Positions 56,703 through 64,000 of a DNA stretch of 64,000 nucleotides are shown one piece after another. Each line of letters begins with the position of its first letter. Position 1 is the stretch's first letter. The DNA is taken from IMG/VR virus record IMGVR_UViG_3300033146_001099; one strand, given 5' to 3'. The notes under the pieces were generated by a model. It did not search any database. It was not told the DNA's origin and was given only the letters and a program-made list of their open reading frames with translations. The stretch is from an uncultured virus (IMG/VR IMGVR_UViG_3300033146_001099). Taxonomy: Duplodnaviria; Heunggongvirae; Uroviricota; Caudoviricetes. Made by a program: the position numbers and the translations under genes.

Positions 56703-56840
56703 ATGCCATTGTTCAATGGGGTTATAGCCGAATTCGTTAGAAAGCACAAATTAATTAAGCGTACTGCTCTCTTGGGTGGGGCTTTGGCTGGCTTATATTT
56801 CTTGGGAACTTCTCAGGGGTGGTGGGAATCTGCGTTCTAG
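56703..56840 (+). CDS. small single-TM protein (45 aa)
   Basis: Translated by hand; AAGGAGG RBS. Confidence 0.65.
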   Translation: MPLFNGVIAEFVRKHKLIKRTALLGGALAGLYFLGTSQGWWESAF

Positions 56841-56871
56841 GAAGCTTTAGTATCAATGATTGGAGCAGACG

Positions 56872-57801
56872 ATGGCAAATGATTACAATACTCCCGAAGA
56901 ATTGCTGCATGCCTACCAAACCGGCCTAGCAGGAGCAGAGTGTGATCCAGAAGACTTAAAGGTACTTCTGGGTGAGCTGCCCATGCCCGTGTTCGGAGCC
57001 GCAGCGTACGAGCTATACGAAAGCGGAGCTGGTAAGCTAAGTTTACCTTTTAAGTCCTTACTTAAGTTCGATCCGAACTTTGGCCCACTAGAACGTCAAA
57101 CAACAGGTGACTGTGTATCCCATTCGACACGTAATGCGGTTGATATTACACGGGCAGTTGAGATTGACATCAAGGGTGAGTCAGAATCGTGGGAAGCAAG
57201 GGGAGCAACCGAGGCCATCTACCAGTCCAGAGGTCACAAGGGACAAGGAATGTCCTGCTCTGGTGCAGCCAGATATGTGAATAAGACTGGCGGTCTATTG
57301 ATTAGAAAAGATTATGGCGATATAGATTTAAGTACTTACAACTCTACCGTTGGTATGAGACATCGTATCCCAAGTTCCATTTACAAGTCAGAGGCACGTA
57401 AGCATCCAATCAATACTATCTCTTTGATTTCAACAGTCGAAGAGGCTCGTGATGCCTTAGCTAATGGTTATGCATTGTCATGTTGTAGTGGATTAGGCTT
57501 TTCATCTAATCGAGATAGTAAGGGTATTGCTAGACGATCTGGATCATGGAGTCATGCAATGGCATGGATAGCTTGCGACGATACTAACGAGATTTACAAG
57601 GAGACATTGTTCTTAATCCAAAATAGCTGGGGAAAGTGGAATAGCGGCCCGAAACGTCATGGTCAACCTGACGGAAGCTTCTGGGTACGTGAGCGTGATG
57701 CCCGGTCTATTTTGAACTCTAGAGGTTCTTTTGCATTCAGTGATGTAGAAGGATTTCCAGCCAGACAACTACCACAGTACGGTCTAGGAGGATGGGTGTA
57801 A
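56872..57801 (+). CDS. papain-like (C1) cysteine protease
   Basis: Q.TGDCVSH (Cys), WSHAM (His), IQNSWG (Asn), DGSFW. Confidence 0.9.
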   Translation: MANDYNTPEELLHAYQTGLAGAECDPEDLKVLLGELPMPVFGAAAYELYESGAGKLSLPFKSLLKFDPNFGPLERQTTGDCVSHSTRNAVDITRAVEIDIKGESESWEARGATEAIYQSRGHKGQGMSCSGAARYVNKTGGLLIRKDYGDIDLSTYNSTVGMRHRIPSSIYKSEARKHPINTISLISTVEEARDALANGYALSCCSGLGFSSNRDSKGIARRSGSWSHAMAWIACDDTNEIYKETLFLIQNSWGKWNSGPKRHGQPDGSFWVRERDARSILNSRGSFAFSDVEGFPARQLPQYGLGGWV

Positions 57802-58568
57802 TGGGCAGCGAAAAAGCGAGAATGTGGCTTGGTATACTATTGATTGTTGTCGGCATTTTTTATAAGCCAGGGGAACCGACTCCTCCTGTTGTTGACAACA
57901 AGTTAAAAGAACCGGCAGCCGATATAGTAGTTCTAGTGAAAGACATTAGTATAAGCGACAACGCTGATTCAAGCAAGTTAGCTGGCATGTTTAATGCTAT
58001 GTCAACCAAGCTGGACGGTACGACACTGAATAGTAATCTACAAGTTCAATACTTTATGAATGCGATAGGTAAGAATACATTCGGTAGCGAGTTGATGGAC
58101 AATGGTAATTCAAAATATCCTAAGTTTGCTCCTGCTGTTGCAGAGGCTATGACTAGCATTTTAGGACCACAAACGGATACTAGTCCGGTCACAAGCGACA
58201 AAAAGCGTAAACTAGCTAGACTGTTCTACGGATTATCATGGAAATTATACAAGTCCAGTAACGATGAAGAGTACGAAGAGTATAAAGCTAAGGCATTATC
58301 GGCAATTGCAGAGTATAATAAAGAAGACGAACCACTTCCTCCACCGGACAGTGAAGATTGTCCATGCGAAGGCAAGGGTTATATTATTCATGGAGACGGA
58401 CACCAAACGGATTGTCCATGTGTAGCGTCAGGTACAGACTGTGAGCACGATCCAAAGTGCGGGACTGGAGACTTACCTGATCTTTCAACCAACAAATCTT
58501 CTGGTTCACAAGTATACAAGACAACTCAACGAAGACGTGGAATATTGAGAGGTATATTTAGACAATGA
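57801..58568 (+). CDS. membrane-anchored protein with Cys-rich C-terminus
   Basis: N-terminal TM; DCPCEGKG..HGDGH.TDCPC. Confidence 0.75.
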   Translation: MGSEKARMWLGILLIVVGIFYKPGEPTPPVVDNKLKEPAADIVVLVKDISISDNADSSKLAGMFNAMSTKLDGTTLNSNLQVQYFMNAIGKNTFGSELMDNGNSKYPKFAPAVAEAMTSILGPQTDTSPVTSDKKRKLARLFYGLSWKLYKSSNDEEYEEYKAKALSAIAEYNKEDEPLPPPDSEDCPCEGKGYIIHGDGHQTDCPCVASGTDCEHDPKCGTGDLPDLSTNKSSGSQVYKTTQRRRGILRGIFRQ

Positions 58569-58924
58569 CAACAATAGATGAAAAAATGTTGCCGTTGGCA
58601 ACTAAGGTGTTGGAGGAGTCTAACTCCAAAGCAAAAGAAGATAGCCATCAAATCGACCCCATGACAATCCTTACGATTATCTCGCTGTTGATTAAACTGG
58701 CGACTTTCCTTTGGGAATGGTATAGACGAGATAAGGACAAGTTTGTTAAGTCCAATCAGCTAAATTTTATAATGAGATGGGTTGTTTGGAGACATGTTAA
58801 GAAGGATGTAGTAAATCGCAAGGACGCCAAATACATTTACGAAGGTATCTGTGGTATGGTGTATAAGTTTACGGATGACGACCGTAAAACTTTAATAGAA
58901 GTCATAACTGAAAAGGGTAAATAA
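58565..58924 (+). CDS. membrane protein
   Basis: IDPMTILTIISLLIKL. Confidence 0.7.
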   Translation: MTTIDEKMLPLATKVLEESNSKAKEDSHQIDPMTILTIISLLIKLATFLWEWYRRDKDKFVKSNQLNFIMRWVVWRHVKKDVVNRKDAKYIYEGICGMVYKFTDDDRKTLIEVITEKGK

Positions 58925-58925
58925 T

Positions 58926-59105
58926 ATGAAACTTAAACTTCATGCGTTATTGCAATCTCGTAGATTTTGGGCAGCAGCAGCCGGTCTTTTGGCTGTGCTT
59001 GGCCAAGACTTGTTCGGAGTCGAGCTAGCAACAGAGCAATTAGTGTCTATAGCTTCTATCGTAGTGGCTTGGATCATTGGTGACACTCTACGAGTAACTA
59101 AGTAA
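58926..59105 (+). CDS. holin-like two-TM protein (59 aa)
   Basis: Translated by hand: MKLKLHALLQSRRFWAAAAGLLAVLG...IVVAWIIGD; SRRFW motif. Confidence 0.7.
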   Translation: MKLKLHALLQSRRFWAAAAGLLAVLGQDLFGVELATEQLVSIASIVVAWIIGDTLRVTK

Positions 59106-59123
59106 TAAGAGAGGGGCAAAGTT

Positions 59124-59450
59124 ATGGATCAGGTATTAGGATTCTTGAAAAACCTTGACACCTTTCAATACGTGCTTCTGGCGGCTGGTGCCTTCTTGTT
59201 ATTCCCTACAGTTATAAAGTGGTGGAACGCAAAACCAGAAGATGATGTTGTAGACGATGTGGATCACGACGATCATAAGCACGAAACTGAGTTAAGTAGT
59301 CTAATATGTAAGTGGGAATGTCTGTGTGACTCCTGTCACAAGCGTGGCTTACATGGTGCCTGTGAAGCATTGCAGGCGGTTTTTCCAATGCTAGGTAAAA
59401 TATATGAGGGAAAACACGATGTCGAAAAAGAGGGGATCGATCCAGAGTAG
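59124..59450 (+). CDS. membrane-anchored hypothetical protein
   Basis: TM segment near the N-terminus; GAGG RBS. Confidence 0.7.
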   Translation: MDQVLGFLKNLDTFQYVLLAAGAFLLFPTVIKWWNAKPEDDVVDDVDHDDHKHETELSSLICKWECLCDSCHKRGLHGACEALQAVFPMLGKIYEGKHDVEKEGIDPE

Positions 59451-59610
59451 GATTGTTGATAGCTTTTTGAAAGAGCTTGGAGTCTCCCGCGAGCAAGTCG
59501 ACAAGATGACTCAGCTCTGGGAGACAGTGGATGTGCAAAAAAATGATGACGGGATTGTCATTAATATCAAGTTGAAAAACATCCAGGTTAAGATCGAAAC
59601 TGACAATTAA
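59419..59610 (+). CDS. hypothetical protein
   Basis: GAGG RBS; ends before the terminator. Confidence 0.6.
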   Translation: MSKKRGSIQSRIVDSFLKELGVSREQVDKMTQLWETVDVQKNDDGIVINIKLKNIQVKIETDN

Positions 59611-59614
59611 CGAT

Positions 59615-59642
59615 AAGGGGTTGTGGTAACACGGCCCCTTTT
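59615..59642 (+). terminator. intrinsic terminator
   Basis: AAGGGGTTGTG/CACGGCCCCTT followed by T tract. Confidence 0.7.
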
Positions 59643-59833
59643 CTATTACTGTTTTCCAGAAAAAATCTGAAATTGGCTAGAAAGCCGCTATAATTATCTT
59701 TGTAGGGGCGTCCGGTTCTCTTACTGCGGAGTTAATAGCTCAGTGCTTGATGAGATAAGACATAGTCCATGCCTGACATTGGCATGTCTCCTTGGCAGTC
59801 AACACCAGAAGAATGGTGGGAGTTCATTAAGGT

Positions 59834-60073
59834 ATGAAAAGACAAAATCGTTGTGATGCTTGCAATCGCATGTTCAACGATGGCGATAAGGTAACTGTCG
59901 TTATTCCTGATGTCGAAATCACGAATAGATATCAAAAAGGCTCATCATCTATTCGACTCAAATTATCACCTGACGCCGTTGATGCCCGAGCAACAAAGGT
60001 ATATTGCTCGAATTGTTTAAATTACTCAGGATATATATTAGAGGACCAAGAGGATGGAAAGAAGAAACTGTAA
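59834..60073 (+). CDS. Zn-ribbon hypothetical protein
   Basis: CDAC...CSNC. Confidence 0.7.
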   Translation: MKRQNRCDACNRMFNDGDKVTVVIPDVEITNRYQKGSSSIRLKLSPDAVDARATKVYCSNCLNYSGYILEDQEDGKKKL

Positions 60074-60201
60074 CGTAATCTTGGCAGGGCTCCCTTTGGT
60101 GGGGGCGTTGCCTTTCTTTATGCCAGCCAAAGGCGATGAAGTATTCGCTAATCATTCTATTAATTCGCTAATCATTAGTGTAGTACTTGCTGGAGAAATT
60201 A

Positions 60202-60864
60202 ATGAATGAATACGATCCTAAACTATTCGTACATCCACGATGGCAAAAGTTTTATGACCAAGGTCTTAGGACTTGTGAAGGTAAGTCTGCACCGCACTTC
60301 GCGGAAGCAAATACCCTGCTACTCACCACCCATACACAACTAGGACATAGAAGCTCTCTCTCAATACTAGAATTTGGATCAAATACTGGCTCGTTATGCT
60401 ACGAAATCATGCACAAGCATAAAGATCACATTAAAAGTTATACATTAGTCGATGAAGACAAGCTGCTGAGTCAGGCAATACCAAAACTAAGACGTCATAA
60501 AACCAAGTTGAAATTTTGCAACATACCAGATACAAACGATTGTCTAGGTCAACCTTATAACCTGTTGATTGCGTTTGGGTGCATAGAAGAAACAACTGAT
60601 CACTTTAGGGATTTCCTGTACAATAGGATTTTTCCTAATGTGGAAGAGATCTTTCTGGTCATTGGCCAGAATGACGACCCGACATGTTGGGGTAAGAATT
60701 TCGATGACAAATTACTTTATAAGGTTTTTAACGACAATTTTGAGCAGGTAGATGAGCCTGCTCTGGTAGGATACATGGGTAAGCATAGGTGTATCTATCA
60801 TCACCATGCAGTAGGAAATAAGACGTTACTTAATAATCAAGAATGGATAGAGCATTATGCCTGA
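60202..60864 (+). CDS. putative sugar O-methyltransferase
   Basis: ILEFGSNTGSL, YTLVD; GGAG RBS. Confidence 0.65.
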   Translation: MNEYDPKLFVHPRWQKFYDQGLRTCEGKSAPHFAEANTLLLTTHTQLGHRSSLSILEFGSNTGSLCYEIMHKHKDHIKSYTLVDEDKLLSQAIPKLRRHKTKLKFCNIPDTNDCLGQPYNLLIAFGCIEETTDHFRDFLYNRIFPNVEEIFLVIGQNDDPTCWGKNFDDKLLYKVFNDNFEQVDEPALVGYMGKHRCIYHHHAVGNKTLLNNQEWIEHYA

Positions 60865-61255
60865 GTATAGTTTTAAGTGTGATAAATGTGATACGGCCTT
60901 TGGAAAGATATGGTCTATGAGCGATTACGAGCAGAAAATACAAAATGTAAGATGCCCCTGCTGTCGTGCCTGTCGAGTTTATCGCGACTACGGCGAAGAC
61001 GCGGTAATTACTAACTACATTAAGGGACTCCATGAAGTAAGTACTATTGGAGAGTATGCAGATAAACAAACAAAAAAATATGGTAAGGATAAATGCGAAA
61101 AAATGGTTCACGATTTTAGTGCATACCGTCGCAATAAAGATGGTGGCATGAAAGAGCTGCCTTCGGGTATGACTCGAATGGATAAGCCAGAAGATATGCC
61201 TAAGCCATTAACCAAGAAGGCAGCAAAAGCAAAAAGAAAGGGAAAGAGAACATGA
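60857..61255 (+). CDS. FmdB-family Zn-ribbon protein
   Basis: MPEYSFKCDKC...CPCC. Confidence 0.8.
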   Translation: MPEYSFKCDKCDTAFGKIWSMSDYEQKIQNVRCPCCRACRVYRDYGEDAVITNYIKGLHEVSTIGEYADKQTKKYGKDKCEKMVHDFSAYRRNKDGGMKELPSGMTRMDKPEDMPKPLTKKAAKAKRKGKRT

Positions 61256-61668
61256 GTCACTTTCACACAATCAAGAAAGACAAAGAAACCGACATAGACG
61301 AGCGTTCTGTTGAAATTTATACCTTTAAGGGTTCAGAGGACTTTTTAAATCGAGAAAGGTTTCCTCTGCTTTACCATCCCGAACCCGAAGACGGAAAAGA
61401 GGTAGATATCTTTACTCTTTGGAATGCTTATGCTATAAAAGTTAACACCGGCACCCGCATCCGGTACTATGTAAAACGCGGAAAGTACGGTAAGCTATTC
61501 AATCCGATTGGCTTGTATAGTGAGGGCTCACAACGTAAACAACATCGCCATGCCGGTAAGCCCGCTTGGGAATTTAAAGAAGCCACTGAGAGAGTATTTA
61601 CTCTCTACGCTAAGTTCTTACGCAGTAAGAATGCATCTTGGCTAAACAATGCAGAAAGGGAAACCTAA
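61252..61668 (+). CDS. hypothetical protein
   Basis: Coupled ORF; GKLFNPIG. Confidence 0.75.
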   Translation: MSHFHTIKKDKETDIDERSVEIYTFKGSEDFLNRERFPLLYHPEPEDGKEVDIFTLWNAYAIKVNTGTRIRYYVKRGKYGKLFNPIGLYSEGSQRKQHRHAGKPAWEFKEATERVFTLYAKFLRSKNASWLNNAERET

Positions 61669-62012
61669 TGAGCAAAAAAGGACGACTAAATAAGTCAGAG
61701 AAGTATGTTATTGAGGGAATGTTTGAAGATGGCCACACTTTTGACGAGATAGCTACAGAGACTGGTCGTACTGCGGGCACTATAGAAAACCATATCCGTT
61801 TGATTGCTGAGGCAGCCAACGGCGAAGACACTGAGGCCGAGAAACCAAAGCGTAAGGGACTCTTTATTCGCGAAACCATGCTCAAAAAGAACACGGGCGT
61901 AAGTATTATGACAGAAGCGGAGTCTTCTAGAGGTGAAATCCCGAAAACTCAAAGTAAAATTAAGAAAAGGTTTCGACCTACGATTCATAAGATCGATGAA
62001 GATCGAGAGTAA
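61668..62012 (+). CDS. HTH DNA-binding protein
   Basis: TFDEIATETGRTAGTIENHI. Confidence 0.75.
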   Translation: MSKKGRLNKSEKYVIEGMFEDGHTFDEIATETGRTAGTIENHIRLIAEAANGEDTEAEKPKRKGLFIRETMLKKNTGVSIMTEAESSRGEIPKTQSKIKKRFRPTIHKIDEDRE

Positions 62013-62446
62013 TGGCAAAAGAACAGTCGGATTTAAGTCGCTATCCTTCTCGCTATGCCCCAAGGGGTTGGGTTCACGCTGGACAATATGCAGCGGAACT
62101 TATTTGTGAGAAGTATGCCAAAACCAAAAACAAAGAACTCCCCCTGCGGTTTTGGGAGTTACCGGATTGGAAGAAGTACTATCAATATCAGGTCATACTT
62201 GCGAGTAGACTGATTAAGAAGTATGGAGAACATCCAGTGATAGCGGCTCTAAATGACAAGCGAACTTACAAGACGTATTCATTAAGAGGAGGCTGGTTCG
62301 TCAAGGTAGTAGAGGACTACCATACTAAGGCCGAGCTTGCTAAGAAGATTGCCCATAAAGTTTCTTATGATTTTTCAGAGAAGAAAACCTTTGAAAGCAA
62401 TAACCAAAAGAAATCAGTAATCTCCAAGCTTAGGGACTTAGAATGA
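62012..62446 (+). CDS. hypothetical protein
   Basis: Coupled ORF before the recA-like gene. Confidence 0.75.
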   Translation: MAKEQSDLSRYPSRYAPRGWVHAGQYAAELICEKYAKTKNKELPLRFWELPDWKKYYQYQVILASRLIKKYGEHPVIAALNDKRTYKTYSLRGGWFVKVVEDYHTKAELAKKIAHKVSYDFSEKKTFESNNQKKSVISKLRDLE

Positions 62447-64000
62447 GCAAAGGCGAATTTGCAAAAGACATAGTAAAAGAGTATGGCGACGTCCTACATG
62501 ATGCAGCGTATATCATTGACAATCCGCCAGCTATAATTCCGTTATCACCTAAATTAGACATAGCCTTGGGGGGCGGCGTTCCCGAAGGCTCTTTGTTTAT
62601 TATGACTGGTCAAGAAAAAGTAGGAAAAGATCAGCCGTTAGATGCTATGGTGCATACTCCTGTCGGACCCAAGAAAATGGGCGATATAAAAGTGGGAGAC
62701 GAAGTATTGTCTCCTAGTTCTGATAGTGGTATAGCAAAAGTAGTAGGGGTCTTTCCACAAGGACTACAGGATGTTTATCGAGTTCATTTTTCAGACAGGA
62801 CTTATACTGACTGCGGACTAAACCATTTATGGCATGTCGCCAACGAGCGATGGAAACAGTCTAAAGTTATTCCATTAAAAGAGATCCTGTATGACTCTTT
62901 GTTTCGTAAAAACAAGCAGTACAAGACAGCAAAATATTCTGTTCCTATGGTACCCTGTGTCTACGCAACCCAGAAGGTTAGCATGCATCCTTATTTGATG
63001 GGATGTTTAATTGGAGATGGAACATTAAAAAAGAAAACTGTTTGTATCACCAATATTGATCAAGAGCTACTTGATAGGATACGTGACATATTAGATCCAG
63101 CCTATGAGCTATACCAAGATAAGACTGATCCTATTACATATAGGATTACTCGATTAGATCGTAAATATTCTGCAAAACAAAAACATAAATATCTTGAGAT
63201 GTTAAGAACATATGACTTAGCGGGTGTCAAAAGTAAGTTCAAGTTTATTCCACCAGAATACAAATATAACTCTACGACGGTTAGATTTGCGATTGTTCGT
63301 GGACTTATGGATACCGATGGAACCGTAGATAAGAAAGGTAAGGTGTCTTTTTCAAGCTCGTCTTTGTTGCTGGCTGAAGATCTTGCAGAAGTAGTTAGGT
63401 CTCTAGGATATAAATGTAAACTATTTAAACGCTTTACCACATGCAATGGTAAAAAATTTAAGTCCTATTTATGTTATATCTCAGGGCCTCGTCTATCGGA
63501 ATTATTTAAACTTACTAGAAAACGGGCGAGATGTAAGCCACGATCATATACCGCTCATAGAAAAATAGTAGACATAGAATATATAGAGAAAAAGGAAACT
63601 CAATGTATTCAAATAGATAATCAAGGTGGACTTTACTTTACAGACTACCATATCGTTACACATAATACCGTTACTGCCCTGCAATTCTGTAAGAATGCAC
63701 AGAAGGCTAGACTAGAGGATGGTTCTCGACGTAAGATCGTCTACGGGAACATTGAAGGCCGACTTAAGAAAAGAGACTTAGAAGGAGTGTCTGGTCTCGA
63801 CTTAGACCCTGACTACTTTCGTATTATAGGATCAACTAAGGGAAATATTCTATCCGGTGAAACGTATCTGTCTATCATTGATAATATAGTCCACCAAATT
63901 CCCCATGCTGTAGCAGTGATTGATTCATTCTCGGCATTGGCATCAGAGAAAGAATTGACAGACGACATTAAAGATTCACAAGTAGCAGTCATGCAAAAAT
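62443..64000 (+). CDS. RecA/UvsX-like recombinase, intein-containing, truncated by the window end
   Basis: Translated by hand: LDIALGGGVPEG, P-loop GQEKVGK|T, Walker B AVIDSFSAL; frame open to 64000. Confidence 0.9.
   Translation, partial: MSKGEFAKDIVKEYGDVLHDAAYIIDNPPAIIPLSPKLDIALGGGVPEGSLFIMTGQEKVGKDQPLDAMVHTPVGPKKMGDIKVGDEVLSPSSDSGIAKVVGVFPQGLQDVYRVHFSDRTYTDCGLNHLWHVANERWKQSKVIPLKEILYDSLFRKNKQYKTAKYSVPMVPCVYATQKVSMHPYLMGCLIGDGTLKKKTVCITNIDQELLDRIRDILDPAYELYQDKTDPITYRITRLDRKYSAKQKHKYLEMLRTYDLAGVKSKFKFIPPEYKYNSTTVRFAIVRGLMDTDGTVDKKGKVSFSSSSLLLAEDLAEVVRSLGYKCKLFKRFTTCNGKKFKSYLCYISGPRLSELFKLTRKRARCKPRSYTAHRKIVDIEYIEKKETQCIQIDNQGGLYFTDYHIVTHNTVTALQFCKNAQKARLEDGSRRKIVYGNIEGRLKKRDLEGVSGLDLDPDYFRIIGSTKGNILSGETYLSIIDNIVHQIPHAVAVIDSFSALASEKELTDDIKDSQVAVMQK
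62629..63666 (+). mobile_element. 346-aa intein with LAGLIDADG homing endonuclease, class 3 signature
   Basis: Starts DQPLDAMVHTP; block B NHLW; LMGCLIGDG and RGLMDTDG; block F TQCI; ends VTHN|T. Confidence 0.9.

Noticed and set aside
59720..59800. TAGCTCAGT resembling a tRNA D arm
   Set aside because: No T arm or acceptor pairing.
63102..63446. Minus-strand 114-aa ORF
   Set aside because: Antisense shadow of the intein endonuclease domain.
6691..64000. Many minus-strand and alternate-frame ORFs in the track
   Set aside because: They overlap well-supported + strand genes and lack recognisable motifs.
1..64000. Stop-codon reassignment (alternative genetic code)
   Set aside because: Conserved genes are full-length in the standard code, and TAA, TAG and TGA all terminate genes at expected positions.

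Overview
This window is a 64 kb slice of a large, almost certainly lytic dsDNA bacteriophage genome. Genes are dense, often overlap, and lie nearly all on the + strand; no rRNA or ribosomal protein genes are present. Phage hallmarks include rIIA/rIIB, DUF932, a gp88-like protein, SSB, ThyA, NrdJ, dUTPase and a RecA-like recombinase. A Tat-exported DUF1501 protein suggests, by inference only, a Planctomycetota/PVC host. The layout runs: (1) about 1-4.3 kb, small cassettes separated by a recurring module of paired 25-bp quasi-palindromes at exact 59-bp spacing followed by a sigma70-like promoter, then a field of degenerate bipartite repeats; (2) a short minus-strand block and an approximately 800 bp divergent non-coding gap; (3) early/middle genes, including a HhH glycosylase, IscA, a GT29 sialyltransferase with a cytidylyltransferase, an atypical tRNA-Ile(UAU), a sigma factor, rIIA/B, and a RuvA-domain-III fusion with RuvB; (4) an approximately 15.6 kb glycan synthesis and modification cluster containing internally deleted genes; (5) SSB, SpeD-like, GlmS and a circularly permuted two-piece tmRNA (tag ADASLALAA); (6) nucleotide metabolism genes, a ClpP-like protein, and a structured RNA leader before class II RNR; (7) a papain-like protease with membrane and holin-like genes; (8) a RecA-like gene running off the window that carries a class-3-type LAGLIDADG intein starting with Asp. 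All protein assignments come from motifs recognised by eye; no database searches were run.
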